A stretch of 64,000 bases of DNA from Eledone cirrhosa (Eukaryota). The stretch covers positions 82,088,001 through 82,152,000 of the forward strand of contig OZ024745.1 in NCBI GenBank assembly GCA_964016885.1, written 5' to 3'. The notes below the pieces were generated by a model, which was not told the DNA's origin, did not search any database, and saw nothing but the letters and a program-made list of their open reading frames with translations. Position numbers and translations under genes: made by a program. The stretch's first letter is position 1, and each line of letters starts with the position of its first letter. Below, piece by piece: positions 1 to 11,000 of this stretch.

Positions 1-464
1 ACATGATAGTAGGAGGTTGTCACATTCATTGTATTCTCAATTTCAGCATCAGTTAATAACTTGAATCGTAAACGAATATTTATTTTAATTAACGAAATGT
101 AGTGTCTGAATATGGTCTTTCATTTACGATAGTTGCATAATATATGTGAAACCACATCAATACGGGAACTCTATAGTTAAGCAGATTTAATAATATAGAA
201 CGACACAATCCAGCAGTTATTTTATAAACAAATCTCTTTTCATTCAGTTTTTATGGTGTCAGTAACCGCTGCAGCATCTTCTGAAATAATATTAAATTAG
301 TTTTACTAAATATTGCTTTTCATGTTTTAGTATTCTTCTTCTAACTTTCAGCTACATAATACAAATTCCGACTGAAACACATTGGGTGCAGATGAGTTCA
401 ATAATCTATTGAACAGCTTTATCAAATATGAAGACAATTCTGCTTAGTGAAGCCAAGTGTTTCT

Positions 465-531
465 CCCTCTCTATCTCTCCTTCCCTCTATCTCTCTTTAT
501 CTCTCTCTATCTCTCTCTCTCTATCTCTCTC
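465..531. repeat. Imperfect (CT)n/(CTAT) microsatellite
   Basis: ctctctctatctctcc...ctctctctctctatctctctc read directly. Confidence 0.9.
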
Positions 532-870
532 ATGTAATATTTACAGTAATCCTGCAATGATTTTCTATTCTGAAGGACCCGTTGGCGGTTAAATGGACAG
601 GCTTCTTGATAATAAACGATTATGTTCCTCATATGAATATATTTATAGTGAGCGAGTTTAAAGCCCTAATTCAATATTGTATTGAGTTCAGTCTATTTTT
701 ATTTGATTCTCGCCAATGGAATTACTATAAAAATTACTGATATTAATTTAAGCGGCTGCCTTCCTTATTCGTAAAAAATATGGTTGTCTTGTCACAAAAG
801 AATTAAAGTCATTTTTTTCTCTCATGATTTCTTTCTAACGTTGTATGGATGGTCCAGTAATTCTTAAGGA

Positions 871-921
871 AGTCGTGGGGCACCGTAGTGACGGCGTTTC
901 TAGTTCTTTTTTAAAACCTGG
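871..921. repeat. Partial, diverged copy of the ~110-bp dispersed repeat (copy 1)
   Basis: agtcgtggggcaccgtagtgacggcgtttctagttcttttttaaaacctgg aligns by eye with 2411-2463 (gagtcgtaggggcaccgcattgatatacgtttctagggcagtttttcacgtgg). Confidence 0.6.
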
Positions 922-939
922 TAAATTTCGCAGTACGGG

Positions 940-1115
940 GGCAACCGATGCGAAGAGGAAGCGGCCAGACAATCCTCGGTATTTGTTTGTCTTCCATTGC
1001 GGGCCGCAGTACCGGGGTTTGTGGCTGAAGCGACTATGTTGGAGGCGGAAAACACGTAACAACATGTGGCGTCCCAGATGAGGGATCTACCTCCGAATGG
1101 AGACATGTTGGCTCC
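940..1115 (-). mobile_element. Decayed non-LTR retrotransposon fragment, restriction-like endonuclease (RLE) region, CRE-like clade
   Basis: Joining two minus-strand ORFs across one frameshift (~995) gives PFGGRSLIWDATCCYVFSASNIVASATNPGTAARN/KTNKYRGLSGRFLFASVA. This fits the recalled pattern PW..GR.L.WDATC.DT.A.S.....A...G.AA..AE..K..KY..L...Y.F.P.AVET of CRE-type RLE elements. GC-rich island in AT-rich flank. Confidence 0.7.
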
Positions 1116-2140
1116 AGTTGTGATGGAGAACCACTTGCGCATAACGTGTAAGTATGAACTCTTTATTTTCATTTTAACATTGTTCACACTACTTCAGTTC
1201 CACAGGCACATAATATCAATTTTCCCTGGTTATGGAGCGTAAACATCTAAATGTGAAACTTTCCTATAGTTATAAGCATCATCACATTTTTCTTGAAACT
1301 GAAAACCAAAAATTATGATGTTTTGTAATATGAAGATTTGAAATACCGATTCACCACACAAGTACAAAGTGGCAACTGTATAGAGGGATGGTATTATGTG
1401 AGGTCCATGCTTTCCCGAAACGTATTAATGATGTATTTGATTAGACACAAGGTCCTAAAATCTTAACGAAAAGCATCGTTTTTTGCCACTCTGAAGGTTA
1501 CAACTAGCTCAAATGTGTTCACTAAAATTTATTTGCAGTATTTCATTACTTTCTCCAGAAAAAAACTTTAAATGAGCTAAATTATATCATTGTAGCGTTC
1601 ATGCATCATATAACTGAAATGAAAAGATTCAAACGTAAACTTTCTTCTAGATCTACAGTACCCGATCGGAATATACAAGAAAAAGGGCATTCTAGGTGTC
1701 GACGAAGTGAACTTTCATAAGCTGTGAATCGCCGCCGAGGAGCAATCTTAACTCCTATTCAGTTTGCGTTTTACTCTATACTACTTGCTATCGTATTTTT
1801 GTAAAAATATATACGTTGTGAATAGGTAATAAAATGATATAATTTGAAGCAATAAGTTATTAGAATTTTCATGACTTTCTAAAGTGTAAGCTGAAATGAT
1901 TTCATCGGTGTGTCATCTTTATAGTGTTCGCCAGAATATTTTGTAACATTAGCATGATATTAAGACTGTTTATTCGTATCAAAATGTTTAGCTAGAGTGC
2001 ACCTCGATGCATAGTCTTTCAATTGATAAATTTATGAAGCTATTTCAAAGCTTATTTCAAAACGAATATTGCTATAGGCGTTACTCATTGTCAAAATGAA
2101 AGTCCAGTGAACGTAAGCAGCAGATTTTTAATTTTGATAA

Positions 2141-2329
2141 ATAATTGTTTCTACTTTTGGCACAAGGCCAGCAAATTACCCAGTGTATTACTGGTACTTT
2201 ATTTTATCGACACTGTAAGGATGAAAGGCAAAGTTAACCTCGGCGGGATTTGAACTCAGACCATAAAGGGCCGTAACTCTTTGCTGCAAAGCATGGCGTC
2301 CGACACTCTACCGATACTGCCAATCCACC
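2141..2329 (-). mobile_element. tRNA-derived SINE, near full length (octopus-type family)
   Basis: Reverse complement has an A-box-like TGGCAGTATCGG, B-box GAGTTCAAATCC, core GAGGTTAACTTTGCCTTTCATCCTTAC..GTCGATAAAATAAAGTACCAG and 3' end GCTGGCCTTGTGCCAAAAGTAGAAACAATTAT. Closely similar to the copy at 4622-4808. Confidence 0.88.
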
Positions 2330-2410
2330 AATAATAGTCGAAAATATGCACTATCACTGAAGTTTCGCATTGCTAACTTGTAAGTGTGTATGATCCCGTA
2401 AGTACAGAGG

Positions 2411-2518
2411 GAGTCGTAGGGGCACCGCATTGATATACGTTTCTAGGGCAGTTTTTCACGTGGTGGAGCCCATCTCCTCTCCAGGTCTGAATACCGCAGA
2501 TTCCTTCCAGAGAAGGAT
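2411..2518. repeat. ~110-bp dispersed repeat (copy 2), probable TE fragment
   Basis: Reverse complement of 5856-5964 aligns along its length. The shared peptide (VSRA...EPISSP.LNTAD.FQRRI) in ORFs 2430..2621+ and 5684..5947- reflects this. Confidence 0.85.
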
Positions 2519-3189
2519 TTTTATGAAGCTTAAGATTAATCATCTTCTGGATGGATTGCCAGCAACCATTTTGGGTCAGTCAACATTATCGGACAAGCTG
2601 AAGATTGTTGAAATTAAATAAAAACTCTATAAAACTGTTCCAGTGAATTCATATGATTAATATTTTGTTCGGATACAGTTGTTGGTATATTATAAAAAAC
2701 CTGTGGCAATAAGATGTTCTAAGGTTTTATACGAAATGTAAAGAAGATTGCTAAGATTTAGATAATAAATCGTAGTACGGAAGGTTTTATAAATACTTTT
2801 CGTTTGTTTTGGATTTTGAAAATATGTTTACCTTTCAACGTTGAATAATTTAAAGCTCTGAAATTTCTGAAGTAATCAAATAACTATTACCCGCTTTTAT
2901 GGTGCCTGGTATAGAATTAAACCTAATGTCTATACCAAGTAAGACTAAGTGATTTCGATTCCCAATTAAAGATAATTCACTTATGGAAATACGTCAATGT
3001 TGCATTATTCACTTATCCATTCTAATTATATAAGGATTTGCGGAAAATGTAGTATTACATTAGTTAACGGAGCACTTTGGATACAGCGAACCTAGCTGCT
3101 AATATACTTGAGAAGGACATGAATGTTACTCACTTCTACATCACCTTCTCGTCGCTATAAATATATGACATTTAGTATTTAGTTGTGTA

Positions 3190-3310
3190 TCTATATGTTC
3201 TGAATTAAAATCTCTCGTATCTCTATTTTTTCCTTTTATCATACAGTGTTCAATAAAATTAGTACCAGTTGAGTAGTGACTTCCAGATATGAGGCCTTCT
3301 TGGAAATTAA
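3190..3310 (+). mobile_element. Highly diverged SINE copy (same superfamily)
   Basis: gttctgaattaaaatc (B-box relic) ... ttcctttt atcatacagtgttcaataaaattagtaccagt matches the SINE core in degraded form. Confidence 0.5.
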
Positions 3311-3314
3311 TATT

Positions 3315-3492
3315 CATTTCTGATTTAAACGTAAGGCCAGAAAATTTATGGTGAGTGCAAAGTTGATAAAATTGACTAGTACTTTATATATTCGACCACG
3401 GAAAAAGGAAAGGTAAATTGACCTCAGCAAGATTTGAATAGCCAGAACAATTACTGCAATGGCATTTTACCCAATTATGGCAGTGCACTACC
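3315..3492 (-). mobile_element. Diverged SINE copy
   Basis: aaggccagaaaattt...ctagtactttatatattcgaccacggaaaaaggaaaggtaaattgacctcagcaagatttgaa parallels ctggtactttattttatcgaccccgtaaggatgaaaggcaaagttaacctcggcgggatttgaa. Confidence 0.7.
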
Positions 3493-3560
3493 CACGTTAA
3501 AAATTAATGATACATAGTATAACAGGTAATTGGATCTGGATGTCAATAATGAACGTTCAT

Positions 3561-3695
3561 CTTATTTTTTCCCACTTATTCCTGGGAAGGTCGTGGGAGA
3601 AGTGTGCTCAAGTATTCCTTATAGTGGGGTCTGTCATAAGCAAGTGTCCAATTGATCCTGAATTAATTCCCAAGCGAAGAGTCGAGAACCACAGA
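3561..3695 (-). mobile_element. RTE-clade LINE 3' end (ORF C-terminus), decayed
   Basis: Minus strand reads, with frameshifts, RLGI..DQLDT.AYDRPHYKEYLSTLLPRPSQE* (stop 3576-3578), matching the recalled RTE C-terminus W.RLG..P.EL..VA.DR..W...L..LPPRP. Inverted homolog of 4000-4140. Confidence 0.7.
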
Positions 3696-3734
3696 CGCGT
3701 TCCCTATAGTAGGAGTGGAGAGGGACTTCTAATG

Positions 3735-3999
3735 CTGTCGGCTGATGGTATACCAGAACACTTTATTTGCTGATCTGAAGTCGGATTCCAGCTTAACCCC
3801 AAAGTCCTCGCATGTCTTAATTTTAGCTGCCTTTACTGTTTCTGCTGCGATTTCTCGTGGCTGCTTGTATCACGAGCGTAAGAAGAGGGTCTTATTTTCA
3901 AGCCAAGCTTTATAAGGTTTATTCTTAGCTCGGATGGCATATTTGACCACTTGATTGAACCAAGGGGTCTTCATGTCACCCGGCGCCAAAACAAACCGC
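3735..3999 (-). mobile_element. RTE-clade LINE ORF internal fragment (linker between endonuclease and RT), decayed
   Basis: Reading through the stop at 3870-3872 gives KTPWFNQVVKYAIRAKNKPYKAWLENKTLFLRS*YKQPREIAAETVKAAKIKTCEDFGVKLESDFRSANKVFWYTISR. This matches the recalled RTE/Rex3/Expander pattern RTPWW..EV..A...KK..Y.AWL...Y..A...AA..V..AK...WEEFG..LE.D.RSA.K.FW.TIRRL. Confidence 0.85.
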
Positions 4000-4143
4000 T
4001 GATAACATCCATGAGCTTGGCTAGTCTCGTTTGGATATCCACCCGGATCAATTGGAGACAGTTGCTTCTGACAAGACCCACTGAAAGGATTGTTTGAGGA
4101 CTTTACCCCCACAACTCTCCCAGGAATGAAATGGGGGAAGAAA
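4000..4143 (+). mobile_element. RTE-clade LINE 3' end (ORF C-terminus), decayed
   Basis: Plus strand from 4001: DNIHELG*SRLDIHPDQLETVASDKTH*KDCLRTLPPQLSQE* (terminal TGA 4127-4129). Both internal stops sit where RTE elements have W. Confidence 0.78.
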
Positions 4144-4515
4144 CTTTGTAAAAGCGTTATTCATATCTCTTGGCTGATCAGTCTCACTTTGGTGTAATGT
4201 TATTTTGTTTTTGATTATGTTGTTTAATCTTTAGGAGAGTTTCTTTAATACGTCGAGGTATATTTCTATATAAATTGCTGACAAATTACATTCATTTATG
4301 AAATAGAAACTTTGTCTTTAGTAAATCTGTGTCATAATTATTAATCTATTACGTAGTTTATATTAACAGTCTAGCTGATATCTGCACAATGCAGCTGGTC
4401 ATATTCATTACACATACAATTCTTGTAGTAGTTTCGATGAATATTATATAATGATAATTGTGAAAGTGAATAAAACATTAATTTCTCTTTATTTCTAATA
4501 TGTAGACATTCGGAC

Positions 4516-4620
4516 CCGCCGAGGTTAACTTTACCTTTCATCCTTACGGGGTCGATAAAATAAAGTACCAGTAATGTACTGGTGTAATTGCTGGCCTTGT
4601 GCCAAAAGTAGAAATAATTA
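4516..4620 (+). mobile_element. 5'-truncated SINE
   Basis: ccgccgaggttaactttacctttcatccttacggggtcgataaaataaagtaccag...gctggccttgtgccaaaagtagaaataatta. Confidence 0.88.
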
Positions 4621-4621
4621 T

Positions 4622-4808
4622 GATTGGCAGTATCGGTAGATGATCGGACGCCATGCTTTGAAGCATAGAGTTACCTCCCTTTAGGATTTGAGTTCAAATC
4701 CCACCGAGGTTAACTTTGCCTTTCTTCCTTACGAGGTCGATAAAATAAAGTACCAGTAATGCTCTGGGATAATTTCTGGCCTTTTGCCAAAAGTAGAAAC
4801 AATTATGA
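4622..4808 (+). mobile_element. tRNA-derived SINE, near full length, head-to-tail with preceding copy
   Basis: gattggcagtatcggtaga (A box) ... gagttcaaatcc (B box) ... core ... gccaaaagtagaaacaattatga. Confidence 0.9.
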
Positions 4809-4869
4809 TGAGATTTCAATTTTGATCTATCCATTTATGTCCCAGTATATTTCTCGAAACAGAAAAAAA

Positions 4870-4945
4870 TAATTGTTTCTATTTTTGGCACAAGGCCAGC
4901 AATTACCCAGTATATTATTGGTACTTTATTTTATCGACCCCGTAA
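4870..4945 (-). mobile_element. SINE 3' fragment
   Basis: aattgtttctatttttggcacaaggccagcaattacccagtatattattggtactttattttatcgaccccgtaa is the reverse complement of the SINE 3' half. Confidence 0.88.
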
Positions 4946-4951
4946 AAAAAA

Positions 4952-5141
4952 ATAATGATTTCTACCATAGACAAAAGATCAGTAATTTGGAGGTAGGGGA
5001 AATTCGATTAAGTCATCCCAATGCATTACTGGTACTTTATTTTATCGACCCCGTAAGGAGGAAAGGCAAAGTTAACCTCGGCGGAATTCGAACTCAAAAC
5101 ATAAAGGGCCGCAACTCTATACCGCGAAGCATGTTGCCCGA
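4952..5141 (-). mobile_element. SINE copy with a longer 3' segment (different subfamily)
   Basis: Core actggtactttattttatcgaccccgtaaggaggaaaggcaaagttaacctcggcggaattcgaactc, plus an extra segment (ttggaggtaggggaaattcgattaagtcatccc) absent from the 2141, 4516, 4622 and 4870 copies. Confidence 0.85.
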
Positions 5142-5855
5142 TATTCTTCAGAGAAAATAATATTTTGAAATATTTATCTTTCAGGATGAATATTTTGTTA
5201 GAAACTGTTGTTTAGGTAAATTTCTCTTATAATGACACAATTCATTCAATATTTAACTTCCAATATTCATGTTATTGATGTTTATATTTTGGTAGTCCTT
5301 CTTGCTGTATAACTTCTATTTACCATCTTTCTATGAATCCACTTGCTTCACATATCCTGCAATAGTTATCATTTATATACAAAGTGTATTTTCTCAAGTA
5401 ATGTTCTCTTCTGCGGTCGGTATTAAATCAAATCGACATTATAAACATCAGAAAATTAACTGTAAATAAATAAACTGAAGAGTCATACTTAAACAAACCC
5501 CACAAAACTAAAACATATAAACAAACGAACAAAAGGCAAAGATCCGAATTTTATGTCAAATCACAAAAAAAAAAAAACACCCTTGTTTATTTCTTAAGAT
5601 ACGCTGCGGAAAATTTAGTAAATAGTGAGTCAGTAGGATATGTTAAAGTGGCAGAATATTGAATATTGAATACCTTTGTAGTTTCAACAGCAACACCATA
5701 ACACATCAATTTTGTGCCTGTTGAAATGTTTGGCAGACATGAAATTATTGTTGCTATGTCGTACACAAATTAATCTCTCAATACTTACTGGAATCGAAGT
5801 ACTGGGATCGATTCTTTCTCTATATATCTTCCTCACTTCAATTCTCTCACTATCT

Positions 5856-5964
5856 ATCCTTCTCTGGAAGAAATCTGCTGTATTCAGACTTGGGGAGGAG
5901 ATGGGCTCCGCCAAGTTTAAAAATGCCCTAGAAACGTTGTATATCAATACGGCCTCCCTACGAC
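5856..5964. repeat. ~110-bp dispersed repeat (copy 3), inverted relative to copies 1 and 2
   Basis: atccttctctggaagaaatctgctgtattcagacttggggaggagatgggctccgccaagtttaaaaatgccctagaaacg...cctacgac is the reverse complement of 2411-2518 with scattered substitutions. Confidence 0.85.
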
Positions 5965-6750
5965 ACGCTCAAGAGGTACATGCATACAATTACGGGAATA
6001 ATAGGCTTAAAGAGAAAAAAAGAAAAAATTAATCATCAAAGGAACAGTTTAATTTAAATAGTTTAAAAAAAATATTTTTGAGTAGACACGCATATTTGAA
6101 AAATCTAACTTTTTCTTTGTAATGTTATTGACATATTGAGTTAACAACACCCGCCTTACATTCTTGTCAAGCGAAGAAGGCAGTCTTATTCTGCTCGAAA
6201 TCTTAGAACTAACGATTGATGTACATGCTCTACATGTATCAATCATTTTCTTTTTAAACTGCACCCAGACTTCGAATTGCTGATACAGTCAGGTTTTCGT
6301 GAACGTGTAGTTATCATTAGACATACGATTAGCGTTCTGTGAGATTAATTGAATTCACCATTCATATAATAGATATATTTCTTTACTGGATAAAAGGAAA
6401 ATACAACATGGCAACTGAAGCAAGTTCTTCTATTACAAGATAATTATGGGAAGGAAAGAAGAAAAACTATAGTTTATAATTATACTGCATTAAGTTACTA
6501 AAGAAGTGCATACTAGAAACATCAAGAGAATCATGTCATCATATGATTACAAACTGAATCGTTTACATTGAAATCCTAGAAACATTAATATACATTTAAT
6601 CGTGAAACTGCATTAGATTTCTGACGAGGAACATCCAAAGTTTCTTGGATATCAACCTAAGTTGTTATAGAGATAAGAGATACACTATAGATTCTTCCAT
6701 AAATTCATGATTAATGAAAGAATGAATTAATTACGTGAACCATCTATCCT

Positions 6751-6920
<170 letters not shown>

Positions 6921-6985
6921 ATAAACGAAAAAAATGAAACGAAATTTCATTTCCCACTCTTAGTACGGCTGTTACTTAAATAAAA

Positions 6986-7063
6986 GTATGTATACGTACA
7001 TATATATATGTATACATACGTACAGTAGTATGTATATATATACATACATGCACACATATATAT
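6986..7063. repeat. Low-complexity TA/TACA/TATG microsatellite
   Basis: gtatgtatacgtacatatatatatgtatacatacg...tacatacatgcacacatatatata. Confidence 0.8.
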
Positions 7064-7387
7064 AAAGCAAATATTTTATTTTATTTTAAGAATTAAGAAA
7101 GAAAAAAAGAATTATATTGTGTGTAAAGATTGCCCGTGCAACGGAATCAAAATTTCTGTTGGTATGGCGCTGGGATAATATATATATATATATTCTTTTG
7201 GAAACAGCAACAGCAGAACGCTATAATGTATATATGTGTGTGTGTGAGATAAACTCGCATATCGGAGGAGATGTCGAAGAGGAGTCGGGCCTCGTCACTT
7301 GTGCCCTGAGCTGAACGATATCGAAACAATTGAAATATGCCAATTAATTTGTACATATGTTGCAACACTGTCTTCAATTCTATTTGC

Positions 7388-7535
7388 TCTTTCTCTTTCT
7401 CGCTCTCTCTCTTTCGCTTTCTCTCCCTCTCTCTCTCTCTTTATATATATATACATATATATATATTACATACGTACATACATACATACATATATACATA
7501 TATACAAAGAAACATACATACAAACACTTATATAT
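7388..7535. repeat. Compound (CT)n + (AT)n + (ACAT)n microsatellite
   Basis: ctctctctct...tatatatatatacatatatatata...catacatacatacatacata read directly. Confidence 0.9.
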
Positions 7536-7549
7536 GTAGTACCCTTCTA

Positions 7550-8023
7550 GACAAGTGGAATAGATGATACTGGGAATCCTAAATTTAAGTACATCTATAA
7601 AGCCTAAATGTTTGATACTTGAATTTGCCATACGACTGGTCTTTGAATTAAAGAACCTCTTGTGTAATTTGTTTGACTATAGATGACGTTTGAGTACGTG
7701 TCTGCTAGACATAATGATTTATTCAGTTTATAAATCCTTTGGTCTTAGTAAGGAAGTAGCATTTCTAAAATGCTGACATATTTTATCTATAATATTTTTA
7801 CAGATTCTAAGGATATCAAGTTGGATTCCACATATTCATTTCCTTTAGGCATTAAATATTCGCTTGCAATTTATCAATCAAATCTTTGATTTAACTTTGT
7901 ATTCCGTATTAATATCTCATTTGCAAACCAACATAGCTGCTTCATTCTCAACTTGTTTGAATTGTGATATATGCTCATTTCGCATATTTTTCATATCTTC
8001 TTCAAAACGCAGAATCAAACAAG
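7550..8023 (-). mobile_element. Possible decayed hAT-superfamily (ZMYM1/Tip100-like) transposase fragment
   Basis: Minus strand, across stops and frameshifts: MKNMRNEHISQFKQVENEAAMLVCK*DINTEYKVK...DKL...ICKNIIDKICQHFRNATSLLRPKDL...LADTYSNVI. Loosely follows the recalled hAT pattern L..MRN.F.....EA..LA.KW.I...FK.KR...FDEL...F...ID....QL..RF...L.P..L...L...Y. Weak, by-eye match. Confidence 0.35.
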
Positions 8024-11000
8024 AATTGATAACGTATTCCCACAAAATTAAAAATCCACTCACATCAAATTGATAACATATCCCACAAAATTGATGATTC
8101 ACTCACACCAAATTGATAACATATTCCACAAAATTAATAATCCAATCACAACAAATTCATAACATATTCCCACAAAATTGATAATTCACTCACACCAATT
8201 TGATAAGATATTCTCACAAAATTAACAATTCACTCATACCAAATTGATAACAAATTCCCGGAAAATTAATAATAGAATCACACCAAATTGATAACATATT
8301 CCCACAAAATTAATAATCCACTCACACCAAATTGATAACCTATTCCCACAAAATTAATAATCCACTCACACCAAATTGCTAACATATTCCCACAAAATTA
8401 ATTATCCACTCACACCAAATTGTTAACATATTCCCACAAAATTAATAATCCACTCACACCAAATTGATAACGTATTCCACCAGAATTAATAATCCACTCA
8501 CACCAAATTGATAACGTATTCCCACAAAATTAATAATCCACTCACATCAAATTGCTAACATATTTCCACAAAATTGATAATTCACTCACACCAAATTGAT
8601 AACATATTCCCACAAAATTAATAATTCACTCACACCAAATTGATAACATATTCCACAAAATTAATAATTCACTCACACCAAATAGATAACATATGCCAGA
8701 AAATTAAAAATCCAATGACACCAAATTGATAACATATTCCCACAAAATTGATAATTCACTCACACCAAATTGATAACATTTCCCCAAAAATTAATAATTC
8801 ACTCAGACCAAATTGATAACATATATTCCCACAAAATTAATAATCCACTCACACCAAATTGATAACGTATTCCCACAAAATTAATAATCCACACACATCA
8901 AATTGATAACATATTCCCACAAAATTGATAATTCGCTCACACCAAATTGATAACATATTCCCACAAAATTATTAATCCACTCACATCAAATTGATAACGT
9001 ATTCCCACAAAATTAATAATCCACTGACACCAAATTGCTAACATATTCCCACAAAATTGATAATTCACTCACACCAAATTGATAACACATTCCCACAAAA
9101 TTGATAATTCCCTTTCACCAAATTGATAAAATATTCCCACAAAATGAATAATTCACTCACATCAAATTTATAGCATATTCCCACGAAATTAATAATTCAC
9201 CCACTCCAAATTGATAACGTATTCTCACAAAATTGATAATTCACTCATACCAAATTGATAACATATTCTCACAAAATTGATTATTCACTCACACCAAATT
9301 GATAACCTATTCCCACAAAATTAATAATCCACTCACACTAAATTGATAACATATTCCCACAAAATTAATAATCCACTCACACCAAATTGATAACGTATTC
9401 CCACAAAATTAATAATCCACGCACATCAAATTGATAACATATTCCCACAAAATTGATAATTCAATCACACCAAATTGCTAACATATTCCCACAAAATTGA
9501 TAATTTACTCACGCCAAATTGATAACATATCCCCACATAATTAATAATTCACTCACACCAAATTGATAACATATTCCCACAAAATTAATTATCCACTCAC
9601 ACCAAATTGATAACATATTACCACAAAATTGATAATCCACTCACACCAAATTGATAACGTATTCCTCCAAAATTAATTATCCACTCACACCAAATTGATA
9701 ACGTATTCCCACAGAATTAATAATCCACTCACACCAAATTGATAACATATTCCCACAAAACTGATAATTCACTCACACCAAATTGATAATATATTCCCAC
9801 AAAATTAATAATCCACTCAAACCAAATTGATAACAAAATACCACAAAATTAATAATCCACTCACACCAAATTGATAACATATTCCCACAAAATTAATAAT
9901 CCACTCACACCAAATTGATAACAAAATACCACAAAATTAATAATTCACTCACACCAAATTCATAACATATTCCACAAAATTAATAATGCACTCACACCAA
10001 ATTGATAAGATATTCCCACAAAATTGATAATTCACTCACACCAAATTGATAACAAAATACCACAAAATTAATAATTCACTCACACCAAATTCATAACATA
10101 TTCCACAAAATTAATAATTCGCTCACACCAAATTGATAACTTATTCCCATAAAATTAATAATTCACTCACACCAAATTGATAACATATTCCCATAAAATT
10201 TATAATCCACTCACACCAAATTGATAACATATATTCCCACAAAATTAATAATCCACTAACACCAAATTGATAACGTATTCCCACAAAATTAATAATCCAC
10301 TCACATCAAATTGATAACATATTTCTACAAAATTGATAATTCACTCACACCAAATTGATAACATATTCCCACCAAATTAATAATTCACTATATTCCCACA
10401 AAATTGATAATTCACTCACACCAAATTGATCACTTGTTCCCATAAAATTAATAATTCACTCACACCAAATTGATAAAATATTCCCACAAAATTGATAATT
10501 CACTCACACCAAATTGATAACATATTCCCACAAAATTGATTATTCACTCACACACAATTGATAACATATTCCCACAAAGTTAATAATCCACTCACACCAA
10601 ATTGATAACAAAATACCACAAAATTAATAATTCACTCACACAAAATTCATAACATATTCCACAAAATTAATAATCCACTCACACCAAATTGATAAGATAT
10701 TCCCACAAAATTGATAATTCACTCACACCAAATTGATAACATGTTCCCACAGAAAGAATAAGTGACTCACACCAAATTGATAGCATATTCCCACAAAATT
10801 AATAATTCGCTCACACCGAATTGATAACTTATTCCCATAAAATTAATAATTCACTCACACCAAATTGATAAAATATTCCCACAAAATTGATAATTCACTC
10901 ACACCAAATTGATAACATATTCCCACAAAATTAATTATTCACTCACACACAATTGATAACATATTCCCAGAAAATTAATAATCCACTCACACCAAATTGA

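Noticed and set aside
4622-4710. tRNA gene
   Set aside because: A/B-box-like motifs are present, but there is no cloverleaf and they are attached to a repeated SINE body.
4873-5160. 95-aa ORF with internal repeat LLVLYFIDPV
   Set aside because: Antisense reading of two adjacent SINE cores.
2430-5947. Apparent paralogous small proteins (ORFs 2430..2621+ and 5684..5947-)
   Set aside because: Similarity is confined to the 110-bp dispersed repeat, both start at TTG, and the C-termini are unrelated.
7195-7225. LLETATAERY resembling the hAT dimerisation motif (PVTTATAERSFS)
   Set aside because: Too short, flanked by microsatellites, and on the opposite strand to the putative hAT relic.
7117-7631. 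Several overlapping short ORFs (YIYIY/SLSLS/ERER-rich)
   Set aside because: Translations of CT/AT/ACAT microsatellites.
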